From NCBI RefSeq assembly GCF_963921235.1, contig NC_086097.1, forward strand, positions 138,820,001-138,884,000: 64,000 bases of DNA, in the 5' to 3' direction. Position numbers and translations under genes: made by a program. Below, piece by piece: positions 24,545 to 37,142 of the stretch. This stretch comes from Mobula hypostoma (taxonomy: Eukaryota). Each line of letters opens with the position of its first letter. The first letter of the stretch is position 1. Below the pieces are notes generated by a model, which was not told the DNA's origin, ran no database searches, and saw only the letters and a program-made list of their open reading frames with translations.

Positions 24545-27503
24545 GTTAAATGGATATTAGTAAAAGTAATGGGATTAAAATTGCTATCTTTAATTGCCGC
24601 AGTATAAAAGGAAAATCGGCTGTTATTAATTCATTTATTGAAACTGAAAATCCTGACATTTTAATCGGGACTGAATCTTGGCTTGACCCTTCAATTAAAT
24701 TTACTGAGATATTCCCTCCTCATCTCCAAATTTTTAGAAAGGACAGGAACTCTCCAGGAGGCGGTGTTTTTATCGGTGTGAACAATACTATTCCTTGTTT
24801 TGAAAGAACTGACTTAGGCAGTGACTCTGAGCAAATTTGGTGTCAAACTACACTTCAGGGACAAATGGTTCGGATCGGAAGTTTTTACCGTCCACCTGAT
24901 GCTAAGTCCGGGCCCTTTTTAGACCTTGAATCAAGCATTTCCAAAATAAACGCCTTGTCGCACTGGGGGATGATTTTAATGTCCCAGGTGTAGATTAGAC
25001 TGACGGCACACAACGTGAACCAAAGGATGCTCTTCAGGAAGCCCTGGCTGATTTGATTCTGAAAAATCATCTGTCTCAGAAAGTCACTTTTCCTACCAGA
25101 CGTGATGAAACAAGTGGCACCAAAAACACCTTAGATTTATTGCTGACTTCGCATCCAGATTTAATTTCAGAGGTTTCCCCCAGTGCTGGAATCAGTGATC
25201 ATTTTATTATTCAAGCAAAACTGCACACAAAGATTAAAGTTCCCCCTAAACCACCTCGTAAAATTCCCCTTTGGAGAAAAGTGAACAGTGAGGAATTCAA
25301 GGACTTAGCAAAACAACTTGGAAAAGACTTCTTTTAACTTACAACCAGACAAAAGATCTGTTGAAGACAACTGGGTGTGGCTGGGAGACTCACTGAATGA
25401 TATTGTTACAAATTATGCTCCTCAAACTTGTTCTCCTTGGTTTTCAGCGAAATTAAAACATCTTTAGTAAGAAAGAAATTTTACATCCGTGCCCAAAAAA
25501 GTGGTACAAGACTGGATTGGGACAAGTTCACCAGAGTGCATAAGCAAGTCGGCCTTACCATTAGGAGTGCTCATAAACAACATGTTTCCTCAATTCTTGA
25601 GGGAGAGCATCTCATCCTAAGGATTTTTGCAGATATGTGAAATCCAGATGGACAGACAACACTGGTGCCCAGACGCAAAAGGTGAACAACTGTGATCACT
25701 GAGGACCAGGAGAAAGCAGAAGCTCTTGAAAACCAATTTCAAAATGTTTTTACCCGGGAAGATACAGAACCTGCATCTCTTCCTGATCTACCGCCGAGCC
25801 CATATACAGATATGCCTCCTATCGAAATTGAGGGTGAAGGTGTCAAAAAGTTACTGCTCAACATCAATACGACAAAGCTATTGGGCCAGACCAGATTCAG
25901 AATCAAGCCCTTAAGATCACAGCTGAAGAACCAGCTCTTGTTCTGCATTCTATCTTCCAGCAGTCGCTCGACTCAGGTGATCTTCCCCTGGATTGGAGAA
26001 AGGCAAACATCACTCCTCTCTTTAAGGGTCCAACCACCAACCCAGCAAATTATCATCTTATTTCTTTAACAAGCACTTGCTGTCAACTCTTGGAGCATAT
26101 AATTGACAGCAAACTGATGAGGTACCTTAGCAGACAATATTCTTGCTGACAACCAGCATGCTTTTAGGAAGCATAGATCATGCTAGTCTCAACTTATCCT
26201 GATAATAAACGACCAGGCCAGGAACTTTGATATCAATGTCATCAATAATTTAGTAGTGCTCGACTTCTCCAAAGCATTTGATGTTATTCCCCACCAAAGA
26301 TTACTTAGGAAGCTTGACTTCTACAGTGTTTGCTCCAATACTAAAAGATGGATTTCCAGTTTCTTGACAAAACGTCTTCAGCGTGTGTGCGTGAATGGAA
26401 AAAAGCTCTAAATGGCATCCAGTGTTAAGTGGTACACTCCAGGGCACAGTGCTGGGCCAACATTTGTTTTTACTTTACATTAATGACATCCACGAAAAAC
26501 TCACAAGCACCACCAGACTTTTTGCTGATGATTGTTTGATATACCGTCCAATTAGGTCAACTGATGATGAAGATGCTCTCCAAAAAGATCTTGATAGTAT
26601 GGTTGAGTGGTCACAACAATGGGGCATGCAGTTCAATCCTTCCAAATGTGAAACAATGCGTGTCACCAGGAAGGGAAAACCAGGTAAAACATCATATAAA
26701 ACCCTGGGTGTCACCCTTGAAGAAACCAAACAGATCAAGTATTTGGTATCGAAATCCAGAATGACCTACACTGGAATAGTCAGATGCATCATGCAACAGT
26801 GAATGCAACAGGAGTCCTAAATTTTTTGAGACACAATTTTCATCATTGTTCAACTTCAGTCAAGGAGAAGTTGTACTTCACCCTTGTTAGGCCACATTTG
26901 GAATATGCAGTCGCTGCATAGGACCCATACACAAACAGAAACACTACTTCCATCAAGCGAGTCCAAAGACAGGCCACATACATCAAAGTTGCTGGTGAAC
27001 GCAGCAGGCCAAGCAGCATCTATAGGAAGAGGCGCAGTCGACGTTTCAGGCCGAGACCCTTCGTCAGGACACCCAAAGACAGGCCGCCCGATTTGTCACA
27101 AATACCTATGAGAGAGAAGAGAGTGTTACTCAACTTTTAAATTCATTAAAGTAGAACTCCCTCCAAGATAGACGTGAAGCACACCGCCTGTTTTTACAAA
27201 ATGTTAAATAGTCAGCTCGACATAGACTACCAATCCCACATCAAACCAAACCTATTAGGAGCAAATGAGGGCACTCAATTCAATTTGAAATACTAACTAC
27301 CAAGTCAGATGTGTACAGCAATTCATTCCCCCCCCCCGCACAATTAAAACATGGAATAATCTTCATCCTACCATAGTCACACAACTAAACCCAATTAAAT
27401 TTAAGGCAGCTTTTCTTCTTCAAAATCTCTTTTTTAAGTCCACCCTCCGCCACCTCCAGTTTAAATTCCATGCGGAATATTTCGGAGGATCAAGAACCAA
27501 GAA
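24545..27503 (+). mobile_element. APE-RT LINE of atypical type (RTEX/CR1-group-like), near-complete ORF2, frameshifted
   Basis: APE motifs NCRSI, GTESWL, RKDR..GGGVFI, YRPP, TLDLLLT, SDH; RT motifs QGTVLG, RLFADDCLIYRPI, WGMQFNPSKC; tail caagaaccaagaa. Confidence 0.9.
26976..27072 (-). mobile_element. 97-bp Penelope pLTR fragment with hammerhead motif
   Basis: 13-bp TSD ccaaagacaggcc at 26963-26975 and 27073-27085; minus strand reads gtc-CTGACGA-agggtctcggcct-GAAAC-GTC-gac. Confidence 0.9.
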
Positions 27504-27504
27504 G

Positions 27505-29846
27505 TTGAGTGGCTAAAGGGAAACAAAGCTGGAAACATGGGAGAAAGAAAGGGGGAGGGGAGCACTGGAGGAAGATGTAGATCAGGCAAGGAGTGATTGT
27601 GAGAGGGAAAGAGAGAGAAAAGGCTGGGGGAAATAATAAATGAAATAAAATAGGGGATTACATTAGATTATGAAGACACGTAGTCCTCTTTTATTGTCAT
27701 TTAGTAATGCATGCATTAAGAAATGGTACATTATTTGGGGATGGGGATAAGAAGGGGAGGAGGGGCATTAGCGGAAGTTAGAAAAATCAATGCTCATGCC
27801 ATCAGGTTGGAGGCTACCCAGACAGAATACAAGGTGTTGTTCCTCCAACCTGAGTGTGGCTTCATCTTTACAGTAGAGGCGGCCATGGATTGACATATCA
27901 GAATGGGAATGGGGCGTGGAATTAAAATGTGTGGCCACTGGGAGATCCTGCTTTCTCTGGCGGACTGAGCGTAGGTGTTCAGCGAAAAGGTCTCCCAGCC
28001 TGCGTCGGGTCTCACCGGGAGCACCGGACACAGTATATCACCCCAACCGACTCACAGGTGAAGTGTCGCCTCACCTGGAAGGACTGTCTGGGGCCCTGAA
28101 TGGTGGTGAGGGAGGAAGTGTAAGGGCATGTGTAGCACTTGTTCCCGCTTACAAGGATAAGTGCTGGGAGGGAGATCAGTGGGAAGGGATGTGGGGGGAC
28201 AAATGGACTAAGGAGTCGCGTAGGGAGTGATCTCTGTGGAAAGCAGAAAGTGGGGGGGGGGGAGGGAAAGATGTGCTTAGTGGTGGGATCCTGTTGGAGG
28301 TGGCAGAAGTTACGGAAAATTGTATGTTGGACCCGGAGGCTGGTGGGGTGGTAGGTGAGGATAAGGGGAACCCTATCCCTAGCGGGATGGTGGGAGGATG
28401 GGGTGAGAGCAGATGTGCATGAAATAGGAGAGATGTGTTTGAGGGCAGAGTTGATGGTGGAGGAAGGGAAGCCCCTTCCTTTAAAAAAGGAAGACATCTC
28501 CCTCGTCCTGGAATGAAAAGCCTCATCCTGAGAACAGATGCAGTGGAACGAAAGAATTGCAAGAAGGGGATGACATTTCTTGTAAGTGACAGGGTGGGAA
28601 GAAGAATAGTTCAGATAGCTGAGAGAGTCCGTATGCTTATAGTAGACATCAGTAGATAAGCTGTCTCCAGAGATAGAGACAGAAAGATCTAGAAAGGGGA
28701 GGGAGGTGTCGGAAATGGACCAGGTAAACTTGAGGGCAGGGTGGAAGTTGGAGGCAAAGTTAATCAAGTCAACGAGCTCAGCATGCGTGCAGGAAACAGC
28801 GCCAATGCAGTCGTCGATGTAGCGAAGGAAAAGAGGGGGACAGATACCAGAATAGGTTTGGAACATGGACTGTTCCAGAAAGCCAACAAAAAGGCAGGCA
28901 TAGCTGGGACCCATACGGGTGCCCATGGCTACATCTTTAGTTTGGAGGAAGTGGGAGGAGCCAAAGAAGAAATTATTAAGAGTAAGGACTAATTCCGATA
29001 GACGGAGCAGAGTGGTGGTAGAAGGGAACTGGTTAGATTTGGAATCCAAAAAGAAGTGGAGAGCTTTGAGACCTTCCTGGTGGGGGATGGAGATATATAG
29101 GGACTGGATATCCATGGTGAAAAAAGACGGTGGGGGCCTGGGAACTTAAAATCATTGAAATAATTCAGAGCGTGAGAAGTGTCATGAGCATAGGTGGAAA
29201 GGGATTGAACGGGGGGGGGCGGGGGGATAAAACAGTGTCGAGTTCGGTGGGGCAGGAGCAAGCTGAGACAATAGGTCTACCTAGACAGGCAGGTTTGTGG
29301 ATCTTGGGTAGGAGGTAGAAACGGGAAGTGCTGGGTGTGGAAACTATAAGGTTGGTGGCAGTGGATGGGAGATTCCCAGAGCTGATAAGGTTGGTGATGG
29401 TGTGGGAAACAATGGCCTGGTGCTCCTTAGTGGGGTCATGATCGAGGGGTAAATAAGAGGAGGTATCAGCGAGTGGTCGCTATGCCTTGGCAAGGTATAG
29501 GTCAGTGCGCCAGACTACAACAGCACTCCCTTATCGGCGGGTTTTATAGTAAGATTAGGATTGGTGCGGAGGGAGTGGAGAGCAGAGCGTTCAGAAGGAA
29601 TGAGGTTGGAATTGGAACAAGGTGTAATGAAGTCGAGATGGTTGATGTCTTCTCCTATCATTTCAGATCTCCCCCTCCCCCTTTCAAATCTCTTACTATT
29701 TCTTCTTTCAGTTAGTCCTGACGAAGGGTCTCGGCCTGAAACTCGACTGTACCTCTTCCTATAGATGCTACCTGACCTGCTGTGTTCTACCAGCATTTTG
29801 TGTGTGTTGCTTGAATTTCCAGCATCTGCAGATTTTCTCGTGGTTG
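27505..29846 (-). mobile_element. Penelope-like element: RT + GIY-YIG endonuclease, inverted pLTR at the 5' end
   Basis: DIQSLY..IPH, AMGTRMGPSYACLF, FLRYIDDC, FLDL, VIYCVRC, GETRRRLGD..AEHL, PVATHFN; upstream IKPADKG motif; inverted terminal segment at about 29650-29846. Confidence 0.95.
29709..29752 (+). ncRNA. Minimal hammerhead ribozyme motif in the Penelope pLTR
   Basis: tagtc-CTGACGA-agggtctcggcct-GAAAC-TC-gactg; stem I tagtc/gactg can pair, but the G of the GTC triplet is missing. Confidence 0.65.
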
Positions 29847-32271
29847 AAGAATTAAACGAATACCGCTAGTCTTCAGATTCAGTTGACTAAATAGTCCAGG
29901 TTCTCAGGCAAGGCGGAATGCAGGTAGCGAAGTACTATCATATCCTGGGTTCAAGTCTCGACAAAAACTATGACGGAGCGAATGGATTTAAATACTATCA
30001 CAATGAAATAATAATTAGCGGACATGTGCATATTCACGAGTGCAATTGCTGAATCTGGTGCGCTGCCGATTCCGTGGTTGTGACATATCTAGGGTGTTGT
30101 GTTCCCCGCTGAGTTGTGTGATGGGTGTCGAGAAGGGCTGACTTGTCTCAGTATGAGCATTTGACCTCGGTAACAGAATCTGATTCTAACTACAACACTC
30201 ACCAGAGCCCGAAGGCCACGTAATGCAGAACAACCTCAGAATAATCTCCGGGGTGCTGGGCTGAACGGTGAGAGGGGAAACTGGCCAAGGTCAAGGCAGT
30301 TAGAACTTCCAGTGTAGAGAGCTGTCAAGCGACACGAAACCAGAGAAAGAGCATTCAGTTCAATTTTCACAGAGTAATGCAGGCTGCAGCCTTTCCAGCC
30401 ATAGCTTTGCAGAAGCTCAGCCAAGGACTGTGTTTGTATTACACCAAATCTTTCCTTAAACTCCATCTAATGCTCTGCCAATACCTTAAGTCTCTTTCTT
30501 CACCCTATTGTCCACTCTACCGGTGAGAGTGGGGAGATGACTCCTTCCTGTTCACATAGTGTCATAATCGTGTCTAAATTAAATCTCGGCTCACTCTCCA
30601 AAGAAAACAGTGACCCACATTCAGTTCTGGTAAACACCCTTTCCTCTCCAGTGCGATCACATCCGTCCTGTAGTGCGGAGACCACACCTGAGGCTAAGGT
30701 CCGTGATTGCTGCAGAGGGTGTGGCAGATCTACCATATGCCACGTGCATGCACCAAGCTAGCTGGTTTATTGCAGGACAGTTAACCTTGCAAGGTGATTG
30801 TCCAGTTTGTTGAGTGCCTTTATTTGAGGTGCCCACACATCAAACAAGTACCTAAATATGTTAACTAGGGACCCAGTCCAGAATATGATTGGGATCCCTG
30901 CTCCTCTCCTCAGACTAATAGGCTGCTCCCGTCTTCATTAAGACTTGGTCTGAGGTCTGTGTGCAGTGATGGGGTGGCTGGTCTGACATCCATCTTACTG
31001 CCCACAGCCCACTTCATGGTGAGGACTGGGATCTCAGGGGAAAATACCAGTCAACTCAAATCATGAATCAGAGAGCGAAAGACTTACTTTTAAAATGCCC
31101 GTCAGCACCTCAAGTTGACATTTCCTACAACCCCCAGGACAGCTGTTTCACTGATGCAATGGCATTTCTGTGCACAACAAGGTCCCACAAACAGGATGGT
31201 GACCTGATCATCTGTTGTAGGGATGTTGACTGCAGAGCAGGTGGGTCCTGGTGAGAACTCCTTCGATCTTCTTCACCGGGTCTGCCTGAGAGGAGGTGTT
31301 GTTTCAACACCATGCCCAAAAGACAAAGGCTGACGACAGCCATAGCTGCCAGCCATCGTCAGTGTTTGACTGCACAGGAGCAATGTCCTGGAGTACAGCT
31401 AGCTCTCAGAGTGAGGAGAAGACAGAATCTGACTCTGATCAAAGCTATGGGATCTACGACAATCACCAGGACCCAAAGGACAGGCAATGTGGCACTCACA
31501 TGGAGATTTTCCAGGGATCTTTTCACTGGGTGGAGTGATACCACAAAAGATCTTCAAACTTAAATTAATAAGAAATGAATTCTGTTTGAATACACACTAG
31601 ATATAACAACTGCATAAGCTGTGATTGAGAAATGAAAATTAAATCCAGTACATCCCTGCCTGGCCTTTTGAGAAATGCCACTTGTTTCTTTCGGAGTAAA
31701 TTAATCTAGCTCTGCAGATATTGAAAGGGCACTCTGTAATTATCTACTGATCCCAACATTGCTCACACTTTGGTTCTCATTATCATTATCTTCTAGTTGC
31801 AATTATTATTATAACTAAAAAATCCATCTGCTAAACCACATTATATTAAATAATTTGTTATTGACTCAAAACAATTCTGCTGACCACCCACTATTGATGC
31901 GGTAATTTTGTGGTGTGATTACTTGGGATGCGGTCTACTGTGAACCACAGAACACTGGAACTTTAATGTCATTTGCATTTCTTCACTGAGGTGTTACTGT
32001 GTTTATTAGAGCCACACGATCTGGTGAGTTTGGTCAGTTTTCGTATCAAAATTCAGCACCTGCATCTCGCAATTGACTTGACTGCTAGTCATGATAGCTC
32101 TGGATGCGCTTGGGAGGTGGGAGACAATGAGATGAAATACGGCATTCTCCTCCACCCACCGCGGGCTGATCCCATTACTGTATAGTGGCATCACGGCACT
32201 GCCAGTGCACCTAAATCTTGGAGCATTTTCCTCTTGCCTAGAAGGTGGTGGAATGGAACAGCTGACATTAG

Positions 32272-32635
32272 AAAAGTTCAAAGTAAATTTATTATCAAAG
32301 CACATAGATGTCACCATATATAATGCTGAAATTTGTTTTCTTGCAGGCATTCGCAGTAGAACAAGCGTCACAACAGAATCAGTGAAAAACTACAAAGACT
32401 GAATAACCAATGTGCAAAAGAAGACAAACTGCGCAAACACAAAAACAAATAAAAACTAACTTACCAATCAACAAATAAATAAATAAATTGATAGCTAAAT
32501 ACACAAATAAAATAATACTGAGGACATGAGTTGTAGAGAGACTCTACAGGTTGTTGAATCAGTTCAGAGTTGAGGGGAGTGAAATTATTCATGATTGTTC
32601 AGGCATCTGATGGTTGAAGGGTAATAACTATTATG
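32272..32635 (-). mobile_element. Rex1/Babar 3' UTR fragment
   Basis: Similar to 12250-12600 (aagttcaaagtaaatttattatcaaag tail). Confidence 0.75.
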
Positions 32636-33149
32636 GGCAATAATGTCCTCCTTGCTTTGTTAGGGATGAGCAACTCCTCATTTCAACCTGTCAAAAACCA
32701 GAAGGAACTGGGGAATATTCTTCGGAGAGGAGACAGTGCTCTTGAATGTTCTACTGGCTGAGATGCCGCATGTCTTAGGCTTTTTTTTTCATCAGGACAG
32801 ACAATAATTGATCCATCCTTATACATAATACTGCATCCATGCTTTCTGCTGGAGGGGATTGGAGGTGAAATAACATGAGAATCATTTCCCCCTGCCATGC
32901 CTCATTCTTGACATCCCATGGGTGAAGTTTGGTGATGAGGGGAACCGATGAACTGGGTAAACAGAAGAACAGGTGTCAGTCACCTTGTTACCACAGAAAG
33001 ATATTGTCACAGATTGCAACGATGATCCACAGAACATCTTCACGATGTGCATTCCCATCTGGAGGGGGAAATTCCAGAACTAAGGACTTGAGGGAGGAGC
33101 AGTTCGCTGACAACACCACTTGTTCTTGCCGATTCAAAGGTGGTGACTA

Positions 33150-33805
33150 ATCAGCATACAGGAGGGAGAACAAAAATCTTGCTAAGTGGTGCCACAACAT
33201 CAACCTCTCACTCAATGTCAGCAAGATCAAGGAGCTGACTTCCAGGAGGAGGAAACTGGAGGCCCATGAGCCAGTCCTCATCGGGGGATCAGAGGTGGAG
33301 AGCGTCAGTAACATTAGTGCAATTACTTCGGAGGGTTTGTTCTGTGTCCAGCACAACAGTGGCATTATGGAGAAAGCGCAGCAAAGCCTCGACTTCCTTA
33401 GAAGTCTCTGAAGATTCAGCATGGCATCTAAAACTTTGACAAACTTCTGTAGGTATGTGGTGCAGAGTATATTGATAGGTTGCATCATAGCCACTTATGG
33501 AAACACCAAAGCACTTGAACGGAAATGCCTACAAAAAGTAGTAGATACAGCTCAGTCAATCATGGGTAAAACCCTCTCCACCATTGAGCACATCTACATA
33601 GAGTGGAGCCTCAGGTCCCACACCACCATGTTCAGGAACAGTTATTACCCCTCAACCATCAAGCTCTTGAAACAGAGGGGACAACATCACTCAACTTCAG
33701 CTTTCACTGAAATGTTCACAAAACCTATGGACTCATGTTTAAGGACTCTTCATCTCATGTTCTTGATAGTTTTTGCTTATTCATTTATTTATTAGTTTTA
33801 TTTTT
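33150..33805 (+). mobile_element. Rex1/Babar 3' part
   Basis: KTLTNFCR..VQSILIGCI...LQKVVDTAQSIMGK...FRNSYYPSTIKLL. Confidence 0.85.
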
Positions 33806-33809
33806 ATTT

Positions 33810-35402
33810 TTTTCTCAGCTCAAGCTGGTAAAACCTGAGGTATGGGCAGAGCCAAAAACACTCATTTCTCAATTGCTAGGAATTTCTAGTGGTGTTTAGT
33901 ATAGTGCATGTCTGGAGATGTACATAAATATTGCTGTGTAGACCTTATTGTTTAATGCTATTGTGTAGTTACTTTGGGATGTTACCAGGTGTAGATATTA
34001 CTATTGGGACAATGTATACCCTGTTCATGTTCCATAGTCTTTCAATTTCCTCTTAATTCAGCATATTTCTGGTGTTTTTCACTTATTGATTGCTGTATGT
34101 TATGTGTGTTTGGAATGGCTATATCTATTAACTAAGTTGTTTTTGCTTGTTTATCCTGTGATATAGTATCTGGATAGTTATTATAGATTGAATATCTGTA
34201 ATAATGGATTAATCATAATATAATTTGTAGGACTCTGACATTAAAACTGGATCTGTCTTGTATTTATAGTAAGGTATCGTATCTTTTATGAGTTTATATT
34301 CTAAAGCAAGATTTTAGTGAATGATGTTTGCTACTTGATTGTGCCTCTGTAAGTAATCAGATTGAGTTAAACTGCTGCAGGATCCTGTAATGTGTTGGGT
34401 TGTTTCTGGTTTCTCTTGGCATTTTCTGCATTTGCTGTCTTGAATCTGTTGTCTTTTTATTATGTATTTTTGATACTTTTTGTGTTAACCACCTGGTCCT
34501 GTATTACCACAAGGAACCCCTCTGTTTATGGGAACAGATCTCCATCTTAGAGCCAGCCATTCAATGCTTCCTTGTCAACATCTAGTCTGTTTAGATCATG
34601 GGGATGTCTTCCATGGAGGGTCATGGTCTTCCATGGGTTAACTTTTTCTTAGAAGTTTTATCTGACAGTTGTGTATTTTTTAATGTCTGGTATTCCTCTT
34701 CCCCCTTCTGTCCAAGGCAGTGTTAATCTAAGTGTGTTTGAATGTACATAGTGTTTTCTAAAATTTGTCATTTCAGTTCTTACTTTTCTTTTTAAATTTT
34801 CCAGACTGGTTTCAGATCAATATATTATGTCAAAAGAGTACATTAATATGGGTATAACAAAAGTGTTTATTGCCTTTGTTATAGTTTAACTATTAAGTTC
34901 TGTTTGGCAAATACTCTTAAGCCTTGAAGTAGATTCTGTTAAAAGTTTTCCATTTATTGCACAATGATTTATTTTCTTTGCTTAATGATATCCCATATAT
35001 TTATGTTTAACATTCATCCACTGATTGTATTTTATTCTGCTACTCTCTTTTATATTCTACTAGCTCTATTGCACCTTCTTTATGTTTAATGTTCTGCACT
35101 TAGCAAGTCCAAAGTTCATGATTATATCTTTAGAAAATAATTCTATTATTTAAATTAATTGCTTTAGATTTACCGATGGAGCGTATAATTTCAAATCATC
35201 CATGTATAGAAGGTGTGTCGAGGCATAATTTGTTTTGTTGTCTCTGTTCTGATATCCTATTTTTGTCTGATTCAGTTAATTAGCTAATGCTTCATCAGAT
35301 GTTGTGGGAATTTCACAAGCATTGTGTAGATTATGTATATTAAGAGCTTCTATTAACCAGGAACATGGAACAGAATGCCTTTTGGTAGTCAATATAACAA
35401 TA
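33810..35402 (-). mobile_element. R4/Dong-clade RLE non-LTR retrotransposon, copy 1, degenerate
   Basis: Minus-strand hand translation: IDYQKAF (about 35375-35395), HLLYMDDLKLY (about 35183-35215), CRKCQEKPETTQHITGSC, RHNQVA, PD...IDIAIP...K..KY. Confidence 0.88.
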
Positions 35403-35424
35403 TATTATAATTGTATTTTTATTT

Positions 35425-36185
35425 TTTCTCAGCACAAGCTGGTAAAACTCGAGATACAGGCACAGCAAAGTACACTAATTTCTCAATTGCAGAAACTTTC
35501 AGACTATTCTAGTGGTGTTTAGTAATGTGGCTTTCTGGAGATAAATATTGCTTTGTAGGTCTAATTGTTTAATGCTATTGTGTAGTGACTTTGGGATGAT
35601 ACCAGTTGTCGACATTACTATTGGGACAATGTAAACCCTGTTCATGTTCCATAGTCTTTCAATTTCCTCTTTTAATTCAGGATATTTCTGGTGGTTTTTT
35701 ACTTATTGGTTTCTGTAAGTTATGTGTGTTTGAAATGACTATATCTATTAAGTAGGTTGTTCTTGCTTGTTTATCCTGTATTATTATATCCGGATGGTTA
35801 TTATGGATTACCCTATTTGTCAGAATGGATCAGTTGTAATATAGTTTATAGGACTCTGACTCTGAAACTGGAGCAGGCTTGTATTTATAGTAAGGTATGG
35901 AGTCTTTTGTAAATTTGTATTTTAAATTAAGATTTTGGTGAATGATGTTTGCCATTTGATTGCCCCTGTGTAAGTAATCAGACTGAGTTAAACTGCTGCA
36001 GGATCCTGTAATGTGTTGGACTGTTTCTGGTTTCTCATGGCATTTTCTGCATTTTTCGTCTTGAATTTGATGGTAGTGTTAAGCTAAGTGTGTTCGAGTG
36101 TACATAGTGTTTGTCATTTTGAAATTTGTCATTTAATTTCTTTTCTTTCTTTTTAAATTTTCCAGATCGGTTTCAGACCAATATT
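35425..36185 (-). mobile_element. R4/Dong element, copy 2, internally deleted
   Basis: Direct repeat of 33810-34440 plus 34720-34830; NNHPDIIIQDKQARTTYLIDIV. Confidence 0.88.
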
Positions 36186-36194
36186 ATTATATTA

Positions 36195-36235
36195 TTTTTC
36201 TCAGTTCAAGCTGGTAAAACCTGAGATACAGGCAT
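36195..36235 (-). mobile_element. R4/Dong 3' terminus, copy 3
   Basis: tttctcagttcaagctggtaaaacctgagatacaggca matches the ends of copies 1 and 2. Confidence 0.75.
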
Positions 36236-36334
36236 ATGCATTTAATTCAGATGCCCAGTATCTGCAGGATTTTATTTTCTGTTGGTAATGTCAATTCATG
36301 AATTTATAGTGAAGACAGAGTAATGGAGAACAGG

Positions 36335-37142
36335 GTAAGCTGTCTCAGTGACTATTCACGGCTGCAGTCACGTTTCCTGTGATGAAGTGCTTTGAGAGGT
36401 TGATCATGGCCAGAATCAACTCCTGCCTAAGCATTGCAGTCCTTATCAAGGGATCAGTAGTCAAATAGGTGAGTAGTTTCAAGATTCTGACTGCCAATAT
36501 CTCTGAAGGTCTATCCTGGGCCCAACATAATTACAAAGAAGGCACGACAGCAGCTACATTTCATTAGGAGCTTGAGGAGGTTTGGCATGTCACTGGAGAC
36601 TCTCACAAATTTCTAAAGTTGGACCTTGAAGAGCATTCTGACTGGTTACATCACTGTCTGGTATGGAGGGGTCACTGCACAGGGTCAGAAAAAGCTGCAG
36701 AAAGTTACAAACTCAGCCAGCTCAATCATGGGCACCAGCCTCACCAGCATCGCGAACATCTTCAAAAGGCGATGCCTCAGGAAGGCAGCATCCATCGTTA
36801 AGGACTCCCATCACTCAGGACATACCATTTTCTTCTTGTTACCATCAAGGAAGAGGTAAAGGACCCGGAAGACACACACTCAATACTTCAGGAACAGCTT
36901 CTTCTCCAGCACCATCAGATTGCTGAATGGACAATGAAACCATGAACACTATCTCACCATTTTTTCTCTTTTTTGCTCTCGTTTTGCACTACGTCTTTAA
37001 TTTAATTATATATATATATTTGTTTGTATGTTTCTCATTGTAATTTATTGGTTTTTTAAATTTTGTGTTACAATGTATTGCTGCTGTAAAACAACATATT
37101 TCACAACATACCTGTATGTCAGTGAAATGAAACCTGATTCTG
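36335..37142 (+). mobile_element. Rex1/Babar fragments
   Basis: MKCFERL and SILTGYITVWYGG...KKLQKV..SAS.IMG..L...CLRKAASI.KD.HH motifs; aaacctgattctg tail. Confidence 0.8.

Larger units (their letters stand above)
24461..30085 (-). mobile_element. Solo LTR split by nested insertions (24461-24544 and about 29850-30085)
   Basis: TGTCAC...GTGACA termini, flanks tatcc/tatct, minus-strand TATTTAAA (about 29990) and AATAAA (about 24535) in the expected order. Confidence 0.7.
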
